Shown here piece after piece: positions 47,941-56,216 of a stretch of DNA of 64,000 bases (position 1 is its first letter; each line of letters opens with the position of its first letter). Origin of the DNA: an uncultured Gammaproteobacteria bacterium (GTDB lineage: Bacteria > Patescibacteriota > Microgenomatia > UBA8517); assembly GCA_964395115.1 (NCBI GenBank), contig CAYMZX010000001.1:14751-78750 (forward strand), in the 5' to 3' direction. The notes below the pieces were generated by a model that did no database searches, had not been told where the DNA came from, and saw nothing but the letters and a program-made list of their open reading frames with translations. Position numbers and translations under genes: made by a program.

Positions 47941-48756
47941 ATGGATGAGGAACACGTAATTCCTGCCTCCGAAAACCCCGAGCCGGCGGAAAATGAAATC
48001 AAAGGCATAAATCGGCTTTTTATTCCTCTTTTTATTATCTTAATTTTGTTAGTCGGAGCGGGAGCTTTCTTTATAGGAAGCCAGAAAGCCGGCCAAACTC
48101 CTAGCCCCTCTCCTTCGCCTTTGGCAACTCCTGAAACAACCCTAGAACCGAGTCCGACTGTTTCACCCACGCCGACTCCGAAAGCAACAAAAACTCCTCC
48201 GCCCACTCCAACCCCAACACCTACCCCCACTCCCGCAATTCAAACAAAAACAATAAACTCCACCGCTTCCCTTGATGGCTGGAGGGCCAGTAATGGTGGT
48301 GGGAATACAACTTGGTATATAGAAATCGGGAGAAATACCACCCTTACCACTCGGGGTTATGTAAGCTTCGACCTAAGCTCTATTCCCGCGGGTGCAACCA
48401 TTACCGAGGCAACCCTTAGGCTTTATCAAAAAACGGTCATTGGAACTCCTTACACTGGAAATAGCCTTGTCGTTGACCATGTAGATTACGGCTCCTCTTT
48501 AGGATCCGAGGACTATGCCCTTACCCCTTTAGCGGCGGCTGTAGGGACCTTGACCAACAACGCCTCAATCGAGTGGAAAGATTTGGTAGTCACAAGTTAT
48601 GTTAAAAACGATATTTCCGCCGGTCGGACCGGAAGTCAGTTTAGAATTAGGTTTCTAACCGAGGTGACTGGTCCCGATGCCTGGGTCAGATTTGAATCAG
48701 GAGATAACTACATGGGAACCGGAAATCTTCCTCAACTTGTAGTTAGATATTATTAA
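47941..48756 (+). CDS. Membrane-anchored surface protein with a P/T linker and DNRLRE-like beta-sandwich
   Basis: TM helix, PTPTPT stalk, RGYVSFDLSSIPAGATITEATLRLY...PQLVVRY. Confidence 0.7.
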   Translation: MDEEHVIPASENPEPAENEIKGINRLFIPLFIILILLVGAGAFFIGSQKAGQTPSPSPSPLATPETTLEPSPTVSPTPTPKATKTPPPTPTPTPTPTPAIQTKTINSTASLDGWRASNGGGNTTWYIEIGRNTTLTTRGYVSFDLSSIPAGATITEATLRLYQKTVIGTPYTGNSLVVDHVDYGSSLGSEDYALTPLAAAVGTLTNNASIEWKDLVVTSYVKNDISAGRTGSQFRIRFLTEVTGPDAWVRFESGDNYMGTGNLPQLVVRYY

Positions 48757-48784
48757 AAGTCTTTATCCTGTATAATTAATTTGT

Positions 48785-49078
48785 ATGACGGAGCCGCCCA
48801 AAGATCTGCAATCTTTAACCGCCCGTATAATCGCAAGTCAGTCGCAAAGGATTACTAAATCTCTATCAGAGGCTAAACTCACACCCCAACAAAAAAAGGA
48901 AATTCACCAAGAAGAAAGAATCAGTAAAATGCCGTGGGGTCCGGCCATTCCGTTTCACCAAAGAGAGGCGGAGATAAGAACAATAAAGGCGGTCGCCAGC
49001 AGGGAAACCCAAAGAACTCAAACCGTGAAAGGACAAGCTACCTTAGTTGGTCAGCCCCCTAAAGGCCCTGATAGATAA
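48785..49078 (+). CDS. Hypothetical protein
   Basis: 97-aa ORF; TATAAT 8 nt upstream of the ATG; ends at a terminator hairpin. Confidence 0.55.
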   Translation: MTEPPKDLQSLTARIIASQSQRITKSLSEAKLTPQQKKEIHQEERISKMPWGPAIPFHQREAEIRTIKAVASRETQRTQTVKGQATLVGQPPKGPDR

Positions 49079-49082
49079 AAAT

Positions 49083-49130
49083 GGGGGGGCAAATGATCTC
49101 TTCTCGAGAATAGCGAACATTCGCCCCCCC
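49083..49130. terminator. Hairpin between convergent genes (likely bidirectional terminator)
   Basis: GGGGGGGCAAATG ... CATTCGCCCCCCC, flanked by A- and T-rich runs. Confidence 0.75.
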
Positions 49131-49137
49131 TTCTTGC

Positions 49138-49362
49138 TTACCAGAATTCTACCATTTCAACCTGGGTTGACGGTACAGAAGGACATCCTTTTATGGGAAT
49201 GCCTGCGATGGCCTTTGGAAGACCGTTTGAAAGGCATTCCGGATTCACTCGAATGCCGACCGGGTTTTTCCCCCACCGCCAACTCTTGAACTCCTCGATT
49301 GCTTTAAGTATATCGTCCTCTGTTGGGTGGTGCCCGATTTCGAACGGCTTGACGACTGGCAT
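49138..49362 (-). CDS. Small hypothetical protein
   Basis: 74-aa ORF with a GGAGG SD 5 nt upstream and a terminator immediately downstream. Confidence 0.55.
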   Translation of the reverse strand: MPVVKPFEIGHHPTEDDILKAIEEFKSWRWGKNPVGIRVNPECLSNGLPKAIAGIPIKGCPSVPSTQVEMVEFW

Positions 49363-49516
49363 TGGGTCCTCCGGCCCTTTCTAATCTTAGATCGGGGAAT
49401 CTGATTGAAAAGTGCTACCTCCTTCGATAGAACCTCCTTCGCTTCTGAAAGAGATCTTCGCCGGATTGCTATAGGTTTATAATAGCATAAAGTTGAAGCC
49501 AATTCAATGGGAAGTT

Positions 49517-50536
49517 TTACTTAAGTCTCGCTATATGAGCGTTAACCATTATTTGTATTAGCTCTTCGAATTTTACCTTTGGTTTCCACCCCAAAATTTT
49601 CTTAGCCTTTGACCAATCGGCAATCAATGGTCCGGTCTCTGTCGGCCTGATAAATCTTTTATCCACCTCTACATATTTTTTCCAATCTAATCCCACGCAT
49701 CTAAAAGCTTCTTCGCATAAATCTCGAACGGTGTGGGTTTCTCCCGTTCCAATCACATAATCGTCGGGCTTTTTCTGTTGCATCATCAGCCAGATTGCCT
49801 CGACAAAGTCTTTCGCATAGCCCCAATCTCTCTTGGCGTCAAGATTTCCCAAAGCCACTTTCCCGTTTTTTACAATTGGCTCTCCTTCTTCGTTTAAATC
49901 TTCGGAGTTTTTGATTCCCAACTTTGCACAAGCAGCAGCGTAACAAACTTTCTGGGTAACAAAACTCAAGTGGCGCCTTGGAGATTCGTGATTAAAAAGT
50001 ATGCCATTTACGCAGAACATGCCGTAACTTTCCCTATATATTTTAGCCATCGAGTAAGCATAAACTTTGGCGACTGCATAGGGATTCGCCGGATTAAATG
50101 GAGTCCTCTCGTTTTGAGGAATTTCCCTTACCCAGCCGAACATCTCGCTGCTTGAGGCTTGGTAAAATTTTGCTTTGGGAACCACATCGTATGTTGCATC
50201 CAAAACTCGGTGAGCCCCGATTCCCGTCACCTCGGCGGTATGAATTGGTTGTCTAAATGACTCCCTAGGGTGGGACTGGCTAGCTAAATTGTAGACCTCA
50301 TCTGGTTTAACTGATTGAATTGCTTCACGAATGGAAATCGGATCTAAAAGATCGGCTTGAATCAAATTAAGTCGGTGCTGAATGTGTCCAATATTTTGAT
50401 AAGATCTTGCACTAGTTCTTCTCACCAATCCCGCCACTTCATACCCTTTTTCGAGAAGAAGTTCGGCTAAATACGACCCGTCTTGGCCGGTTATTCCTGT
50501 AATCAAGGCTACCTTTTTTCTTTTTCTTTTTGTCAT
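49517..50536 (-). CDS. gmd: GDP-mannose 4,6-dehydratase
   Basis: ITGITGQDGSYLAELLL, YQASSSEMFG, YAVAK, FNHESPRR, LGNLDAKRDWG. Confidence 0.97.
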   Translation of the reverse strand: MTKRKRKKVALITGITGQDGSYLAELLLEKGYEVAGLVRRTSARSYQNIGHIQHRLNLIQADLLDPISIREAIQSVKPDEVYNLASQSHPRESFRQPIHTAEVTGIGAHRVLDATYDVVPKAKFYQASSSEMFGWVREIPQNERTPFNPANPYAVAKVYAYSMAKIYRESYGMFCVNGILFNHESPRRHLSFVTQKVCYAAACAKLGIKNSEDLNEEGEPIVKNGKVALGNLDAKRDWGYAKDFVEAIWLMMQQKKPDDYVIGTGETHTVRDLCEEAFRCVGLDWKKYVEVDKRFIRPTETGPLIADWSKAKKILGWKPKVKFEELIQIMVNAHIARLK

Positions 50537-50661
50537 ATGGCAATGATAGCATCAGAGGGTAAAAATTTCCAATTTATTTCTCTTGCTGGTTTTGTTACAA
50601 TATTTACGGTGGTTATCGATGACTAACTTTATGTCATTCTGGAAGGGGGCGATTATGCTTC

Positions 50662-50856
50662 ATGTTTGTCGTCAAAAAGAAAAAGGGCGAATCGGAGGAC
50701 AGGTTGATTGCCCGTTTCCGAAAGAAAACCTTAAATGAGGGAATTTTATTGGAACTTAGAGAGAGGGAAAGATACAAAAAACCTGCCGAAAGGAGAAAAG
50801 AGAAAAAATACCGCCTTGAATATCTTCGAGAGCTAGAAAAGAAAAGGAATTATTAG
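50662..50856 (+). CDS. rpsU: 30S ribosomal protein S21
   Basis: V.KKGES.D.LI.RFRK...ELRERERYKKP. Confidence 0.88.
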   Translation: MFVVKKKKGESEDRLIARFRKKTLNEGILLELRERERYKKPAERRKEKKYRLEYLRELEKKRNY

Positions 50857-51519
50857 TTATTTAAGGAGTAAGCTCCTTACAAATTCCCTTCGATGAAAAC
50901 GAGTAATGCCGTATTTTCTGATAGCCTCCTGGTGTTTTTTAGTACCATAACCTTTATTTCTTCCCCAATCGTACTTTCTAAAATTCGGCCTTTTCCCTAG
51001 TCGAACCATTATTTTGTCCCGATAAACTTTGGCAATTATCGATGCGGCAGCAATGCTTAGGGACTTTTCGTCTCCGTCAACTATCGCCAGTTGCCTGCTT
51101 TTCGGGTTTCCCCTAACATAGGGTACAAAAAAGGCATCTATGAGTAAATAATCTATACTTTTCCCAAGATTTTTTCGGGCTTCTGAGATAGCCTTTCTAA
51201 AAGCCATCTTTGTTGCTTTTGCCATCCCTAAACGATTGATAACCGCGTTAGAAACTTCCCCTACTCCCCAACTTATTACATTTCTCTTAATCCATTTGGC
51301 TCCTTTTTCTCTTTGTCTCGGAGTCAATTTTTTGGAATCATCAATTCTCACATTACTTTGCATTTTTAAATTTGCATTTTTAATTTGCGGTCTAAAAACT
51401 ACGCAACCCGCGACCACCGGTCCGGCTAAACAGCCTCTTCCTACCTCATCCACTCCTGCCACGAGCCTGTATCCCTTTTGCCAAAGTTTCTTCTCGTATC
51501 TGAAATTGGGAAGAGTCAT
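50857..51519 (-). CDS. rnhB: Ribonuclease HII
   Basis: GVDEVGRG.LAGPV, DSKKL, IAAASIIAKVYRD, KGYGT. Confidence 0.96.
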   Translation of the reverse strand: MTLPNFRYEKKLWQKGYRLVAGVDEVGRGCLAGPVVAGCVVFRPQIKNANLKMQSNVRIDDSKKLTPRQREKGAKWIKRNVISWGVGEVSNAVINRLGMAKATKMAFRKAISEARKNLGKSIDYLLIDAFFVPYVRGNPKSRQLAIVDGDEKSLSIAAASIIAKVYRDKIMVRLGKRPNFRKYDWGRNKGYGTKKHQEAIRKYGITRFHRREFVRSLLLK

Positions 51520-51983
51520 TTCTTTCGGGGGCGACGCGGCCTAACTTCCGTTGTTTCTACATATAACTCGCGTACAACCTCCGATGCTTCATCTAAAAGT
51601 TGTTGAATAAACCCTTTATCTTCCCTTTCCGGGGTAGTTCCCGAAAGTTTAATCATCCTTCTTACTATCTCCTGACCTACAACCCTTGAGGAAAATCCCT
51701 CTCTTCTTAAAGTAATGACTGCCTGCTGTGGTGTTAAGGTGGCACTTTCTTGAAGGTTAAGCCAAAAATCCCCGGTGTCCGGTCCAACTATACCCGGAAA
51801 CCTGGAGGCAACCCTCTCCATTAAGGGAAGGAGTGATTCAATTGCCCCTTCGGGGAATTCTCGTTCTTCATTTTTTCTTAAAATCCTGATTGTTCTTTCT
51901 TCGCCCGAGGGCATTTGCACTCTAATCCTTCCCCTTCGAGCACTAACAATTTTTAAAGTTTCTCCTCTCTCGATGCCCTTCAT
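51516..51983 (-). CDS. Hypothetical protein
   Basis: 155-aa ORF with ATGA coupling to rnhB; TGTTATAAT promoter upstream. Confidence 0.6.
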   Translation of the reverse strand: MKGIERGETLKIVSARRGRIRVQMPSGEERTIRILRKNEEREFPEGAIESLLPLMERVASRFPGIVGPDTGDFWLNLQESATLTPQQAVITLRREGFSSRVVGQEIVRRMIKLSGTTPEREDKGFIQQLLDEASEVVRELYVETTEVRPRRPRKK

Positions 51984-52064
51984 AAGTAAGTGTTATTATA
52001 ACATCGTTTTTCTAGAAGCGAGGCTTCTTGTTTATTTGACCAAGTTTTGCTAAAATTGGAGTCC

Positions 52065-52250
52065 GTGAAGAATATTTTAGGTTACTTGGCCGAAGTAAGG
52101 CTTGAGCTCTCCAAGGTCACCTGGCCCAAAAGAAACGAAGTAATTAAACTTACCTTGACGGTGTTTATTATTTCGATTATTGTGGGTCTTTATACAGGAG
52201 CCTTAGACTATATCTTTACGAAAATGTTGGGGGTTCTTTTTAGTAAATGA
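52065..52250 (+). CDS. secE: Preprotein translocase subunit SecE
   Basis: EVRLELSKVTWP plus one TM helix; precedes nusG. Likely GTG start. Confidence 0.93.
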   Translation: MKNILGYLAEVRLELSKVTWPKRNEVIKLTLTVFIISIIVGLYTGALDYIFTKMLGVLFSK

Positions 52251-52864
52251 CAAAAAAAGATTCTGACACTTCCGTTTTGGAACGAGGAACTGGGAAGAAA
52301 AAAATTCCCGGTCATATCGTTATTTCCCAAACGTCCGATCCTAAAGCAAAGTGGTATGTTGTTCATACTCAGTCGGGTCATGAAGTTAGAGTCTCCGAGA
52401 CTCTTCGCCAGCGGGTAGAAACAATGGGATTGTCGGGGAAAATTTTCGAACTTTTGGTTCCGACTCAAGACCGGGTTATCATCCGTTCCGGGAAAAAAGC
52501 AACAGTTAAGGAAAAAATATTTCCCGGTTATTTATTGATCAAAATGATATTGGATGATGCTTCTTGGCTGGCTGTACGTACCACTCCTGGAATTACCGGA
52601 TTTGTGGGAACGGGCAATAATCCCACCCCTCTTCTAAATGAAGAAGTTTCTAATATACAAAAATTCGTTTCTGCACCAGCACCAAGATTTAAGACTAAAT
52701 TTTCTGTTGGGGAGGCGGTCAAGATCACAGACGGCCCATTTGCAGATTTTTTGGGAACAATTCATGAATTGGATGAAGAAAAGGGTAAAGTTAAAGTTTT
52801 GGTCTCTATATTTGGAAGAGAAACACCGGTTGAGTTAGATTTTTTACAAATTGCTAAAGTTTAA
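52247..52864 (+). CDS. nusG: Transcription termination/antitermination factor NusG
   Basis: WYVVHT.SG.E, FPGY, GPFADF KOW, FGRETPVEL. Confidence 0.97.
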   Translation: MTKKDSDTSVLERGTGKKKIPGHIVISQTSDPKAKWYVVHTQSGHEVRVSETLRQRVETMGLSGKIFELLVPTQDRVIIRSGKKATVKEKIFPGYLLIKMILDDASWLAVRTTPGITGFVGTGNNPTPLLNEEVSNIQKFVSAPAPRFKTKFSVGEAVKITDGPFADFLGTIHELDEEKGKVKVLVSIFGRETPVELDFLQIAKV

Positions 52865-52870
52865 AGGAAA

Positions 52871-53314
52871 ATGGCCGCCAAAAAAATAAAAACAATCATT
52901 AAAGTAAATCTGCCTGCGGGAGAAGCCACCCCTGCCCCCCCACTTGGACCGGCCCTGGGCCAACATGGAGTTGCAATTATGGATTTTGTCCGCGCCTATA
53001 ATGAAAAAACTGCCGCCCAAAAAGGGTCAATTGTCCCGGCAGTGATCACAATTTACGAAGACAGGAGTTTTGACTTTCAGATTAAAAAAGCACCGGTTTC
53101 CGAGATGATTAAGAGGGAATTGGGTTTAGAAAAAGCCTCGGGAACAACGCCAAAAGAAATTGTCGGGACTTTAACTGAAGCTCAACTTGAAAAAATCGCC
53201 AAGGAAAAACTTTCTGATCTAAATACCGAAGATTTAGAAGCAGCCAAGAAGATCGTTGCCGGTACGGCTAAAAGTATGGGGGTTAAAATTCAGTATCAAA
53301 ATGGGCAAGACTAA
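52871..53314 (+). CDS. rplK: 50S ribosomal protein L11
   Basis: [25 protein letters not shown]. Confidence 0.98.
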   Translation: MAAKKIKTIIKVNLPAGEATPAPPLGPALGQHGVAIMDFVRAYNEKTAAQKGSIVPAVITIYEDRSFDFQIKKAPVSEMIKRELGLEKASGTTPKEIVGTLTEAQLEKIAKEKLSDLNTEDLEAAKKIVAGTAKSMGVKIQYQNGQD

Positions 53315-54092
53315 AACAGCTTTTGTTGGCGAACCTCTACCCGAAGAAAAGTCCAGAAAAACTAAGAAAGTTGAGGCGAAAAAAGTTCACATTTCCGGTC
53401 TTAAGGGCGGCCAACGAATCAAAATCGTTGAAGTTGAACCTTTATTGGAAAAGGCCGAAGTTTCACCAGAAGAATCCAAAAAGGTAAAAAGGGGGAAAGG
53501 TCCAAAAGTTAGGACTAAAAGGTATCTAGAAGCAAAGGCCAAAATTGAACCCGGGCGGCTCTATCCTTTAAAAGAAGCAGTAAAACTTGCCCGTGAGGCT
53601 TCATATTCTAGTTTCGACGGTACAATGGAACTTCACTTAACAGTTAAAAAACCGGGTCTTTCGGTTAGCATTACCCTTCCTCACGAAACAGGGAAAGAAA
53701 AAAAGGTGGAGGTGGCCTCAGAGGAAACCATTAAGAAATTAGAAAGTGGCAAAATTGACTTTGATGTTCTAATTTCCACCCCTGATTTCATGCCCAGGTT
53801 GGTTCCCTTTGCTAAAATCTTAGGACCGAGGGGCCTTATGCCAAACCCCAAAAACGGAACATTAGTTAGCCACCTTCAAAAAACCAAGACTTTTTCGGCA
53901 AATACGGTCACTCTAAAGACCGAAAAAGAGGCCCCTCTTATTCATACTATCTTCGGTAAGGTTAGCATGGACGACCAAAAACTTTACGAAAATGCCGAAG
54001 CTATCTTTAGCGCTCTGGGAGGATCAAAACAAATAATCAAGGCTTATACTAAAGCTTCAATGGGCCCTTCGGTAAAAATTGCCATCTCGTAA
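53301..54092 (+). CDS. rplA: 50S ribosomal protein L1 with an N-terminal extension
   Basis: [31 protein letters not shown]. Start ATG 53301. Confidence 0.95.
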   Translation: MGKTKTAFVGEPLPEEKSRKTKKVEAKKVHISGLKGGQRIKIVEVEPLLEKAEVSPEESKKVKRGKGPKVRTKRYLEAKAKIEPGRLYPLKEAVKLAREASYSSFDGTMELHLTVKKPGLSVSITLPHETGKEKKVEVASEETIKKLESGKIDFDVLISTPDFMPRLVPFAKILGPRGLMPNPKNGTLVSHLQKTKTFSANTVTLKTEKEAPLIHTIFGKVSMDDQKLYENAEAIFSALGGSKQIIKAYTKASMGPSVKIAIS

Positions 54093-54115
54093 AAACTTTA
54101 TGCTAAAATATCCTC

Positions 54116-54742
54116 ATGGCCGAAGATAATCGAGAGTTTTCTCCAAAAAAGCCTCTCCATGACCGCCAGGCTGCGCTGGCGGCGATTAAAAGAGCGCAGA
54201 AAAAAGGAACTTGGCCTGAAAGAGAGCCCCAAAACGAAGGCAATCCCCGCGAGGAAAAACAGTATCCAACTCCAGAAGAACAGAAAAAAGCCCTTGCCTC
54301 AATCCCCTTTAGTTACGAAACTATTCCCTCTATTATTAAGAAAGAGTTGACAGCAGAAGCAAAAAAACTCAACACTATGATGATGGAAAAGGCAGAGCCA
54401 GAACCGAAAAAGGTTTCTCCACCTAATCCTAATCAACCCATTAGCCAATCAGATAAATACGAAGGAATAGGAATAAAAGAAATTCTCCGCCAAGGAGCAA
54501 CTAAGGCAGAGTCTTTGAAGCGAGTACCTCCACTTCCTGCCAAAGAAGAAGAATCCTTTCCACTACCACCTTCTCAAAGACCTTATGTAAAACCTCCGCC
54601 ACTTAAACCTGTCCCTATCGCGGAACCGCCCCTTCCTCCTGAACAAAGATTGCGACAACAAATAAGAAAGGCTCCAGTAGATGTGTCACCAAATGAATCC
54701 TATCTGAAAAGAATCTGGAAAAAGTTGACAGGAAGAGTATAA
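54116..54742 (+). CDS. Hypothetical Pro/Lys/Glu-rich, probably disordered protein
   Basis: 208-aa ORF between rplA and rplJ with its own TGCTAAAAT 6 nt upstream. Confidence 0.65.
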   Translation: MAEDNREFSPKKPLHDRQAALAAIKRAQKKGTWPEREPQNEGNPREEKQYPTPEEQKKALASIPFSYETIPSIIKKELTAEAKKLNTMMMEKAEPEPKKVSPPNPNQPISQSDKYEGIGIKEILRQGATKAESLKRVPPLPAKEEESFPLPPSQRPYVKPPPLKPVPIAEPPLPPEQRLRQQIRKAPVDVSPNESYLKRIWKKLTGRV

Positions 54743-54751
54743 TAACTTCGT

Positions 54752-54788
54752 CCGAAGACAGCATGCACCTAAATAAGTCGTGCCGAGG
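54752..54788 (+). promoter_or_regulatory. Ribosomal protein L10 leader (minimal)
   Basis: CCGAAGACAGCA...TAAAT...TGCCGAGG directly upstream of rplJ matches the kink-turn consensus of L10 leaders. Confidence 0.75.
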
Positions 54789-54791
54789 AAT

Positions 54792-55307
54792 ATGAAAAAA
54801 CAAGAAAAAATCTTCTTTGTCGAAAACCTCACCGAAGAGTTAAAGTCGGCTAAATCTGTTATTCTGGTTAATTACGCCGGCCTCTCCGTTACCAATCAAC
54901 GGGAACTCGTTAGCCGATTGAAAAAGGTGGGAGCAAAAATGCTGGTAGTTAAAAATACCCTACTTAGACGGGCCGGCCAGGCAGCCAAGATTGATCCTCA
55001 AATCCTCTCGGACTCGGTTTTGACTGGACAAACAGCCCTTGTCATCTCCGAAAGTGATCCGGTGGCGGCCCTATCAATTCTTGGGAAATTTGCCAAGGAA
55101 TTTGAAGTTCCCCAGCTTAAAGTTGGAATTGTGGAAGGATCTTTTCAAGAACAAGAAGCCTTGATTAAGCTTTCCAGTCTTCCCGGCCGCGATGTTTTAT
55201 TGGGGCAGGTCTTGGGAGCTCTGATGTCACCTTCCTACGGTTTGGTGGAAACTTTGAATGCCAACGTCCAGAAATTTTTGTACATTCTTAAAACGAAAGC
55301 GGGGTGA
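54792..55307 (+). CDS. rplJ: 50S ribosomal protein L10
   Basis: NYAGLSV, VVKNTLLRRA, GQTAL, LSSLPGR. Start ATG 54792. Confidence 0.95.
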   Translation: MKKQEKIFFVENLTEELKSAKSVILVNYAGLSVTNQRELVSRLKKVGAKMLVVKNTLLRRAGQAAKIDPQILSDSVLTGQTALVISESDPVAALSILGKFAKEFEVPQLKVGIVEGSFQEQEALIKLSSLPGRDVLLGQVLGALMSPSYGLVETLNANVQKFLYILKTKAG

Positions 55308-55313
55308 TTATTT

Positions 55314-55820
55314 ATGGCAGATGATAAAGTTCAAGAAGAAATAAAAGAAGAGGTCAAAGCCGAAGAGGCAAAAGAGGAGGTTAGCGAAACCAAAAAAGAG
55401 AAAAAAGGAGAAAAGGCCCTTTCCAGCAAAGTCGGAAAATTGGTTGATGAAATTTCGACTCTTTCCGTACTGGAACTTTCTGAACTTGTAACCGCTTTGC
55501 AGGAAAAGCTGGGTGTCACCGCTCAAGCTCCTGTTATGACCACTGGTCCTTCTAGTACCGCCCTTGCTGGAGAAGCTCCCGCAGAAGGTACAATGGGAGG
55601 GGGCGCAGTTAACCAAACGGTTATCATGACCGACGCTGGAACAAATAAAATCGCCGTTATTAAAGCGCTTCGAGAAATTAATCAAAATTTAACGTTGGTT
55701 GAAGCGAAGAATATGACCGAACAACTTCCGGCTGAAGTACTAAAAGACGCCAAGGCGGAAGATGCAAAAAGTGCTGTTGAAAAACTCAAAGCTGCTGGGG
55801 CAACGGTTGAGGTTAAATAA
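55314..55820 (+). CDS. rplL: 50S ribosomal protein L7/L12 with an N-terminal extension
   Basis: LSVLELSELV...KIAVIKALRE...EAK...GATVEVK; GGGGTGAT SD. Confidence 0.95.
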   Translation: MADDKVQEEIKEEVKAEEAKEEVSETKKEKKGEKALSSKVGKLVDEISTLSVLELSELVTALQEKLGVTAQAPVMTTGPSSTALAGEAPAEGTMGGGAVNQTVIMTDAGTNKIAVIKALREINQNLTLVEAKNMTEQLPAEVLKDAKAEDAKSAVEKLKAAGATVEVK

Positions 55821-55824
55821 ATTT

Positions 55825-55871
55825 TGGTGCGCGGAAATTTGTCTATACTTACGGACAAGCTCCGCGCACCA
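55825..55871. terminator. Terminator-like hairpin after rplL
   Basis: 11-bp stem TGGTGCGCGGA/TCCGCGCACCA with an inner TTGTC/GACAA stem, between convergent genes. Confidence 0.75.
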
Positions 55872-55888
55872 TTAGAGTCTTTCCCTCT

Positions 55889-56164
55889 TCAGCGACTTAG
55901 ATTTTGAATTGCCGCGTAGACGAAAAGACTTATTGCTCCTATTCCGGCAACTGCAAATAATCCGAAAAGGAAGCAGTTCAGGCCTTCGTTTTGTTCTTTC
56001 GATCTAAAAAATAGACCGAGAGCCCCGGCGCAAACCCCCAAAAGAAATTGGAAGCTTGCCAAAAGCGGCCTTCCATAATGAACAGCAGCGATGCTTAAGG
56101 CGAAGCTGATTATCGCCAAATGGCCGAAAACCACTGCCAGCTGATACTCCCTTTGGGAAATCAT
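55889..56164 (-). CDS. Small three-TM membrane protein
   Basis: 91 aa with three hydrophobic segments; strong AAGGAGG SD. Confidence 0.65.
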   Translation of the reverse strand: MISQREYQLAVVFGHLAIISFALSIAAVHYGRPLLASFQFLLGVCAGALGLFFRSKEQNEGLNCFLFGLFAVAGIGAISLFVYAAIQNLSR

Positions 56165-56216
56165 CTGACCCCTCCTTTTTTCCTTTTTTCGGTCAGTTCT
56201 GCCAAAGAGCGCGCGG

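Noticed and set aside
48100-48235. CCN-ACN repeats here and at 62015-62060 as DNA-level repeat elements
   Set aside because: Explained by Pro/Thr linker coding with varied third positions.
45604-52038. Inverted similarity CAAATAAATCGCTTCTAG (45604-45620) versus CTAGAAGCGA...TTTATTTG (52012-52038) flanking the interruption of the rpmG-secE cluster
   Set aside because: Only a 10-bp core, AT-rich flanks, and tRNA-Trp keeps its normal orientation; compatible with chance.
54725-54743. Perfect TTGACA and TATAAT hexamers before the L10 leader
   Set aside because: The spacer is only 7 nt, so they cannot act as one sigma70 promoter; the TATAAT alone may still be used.
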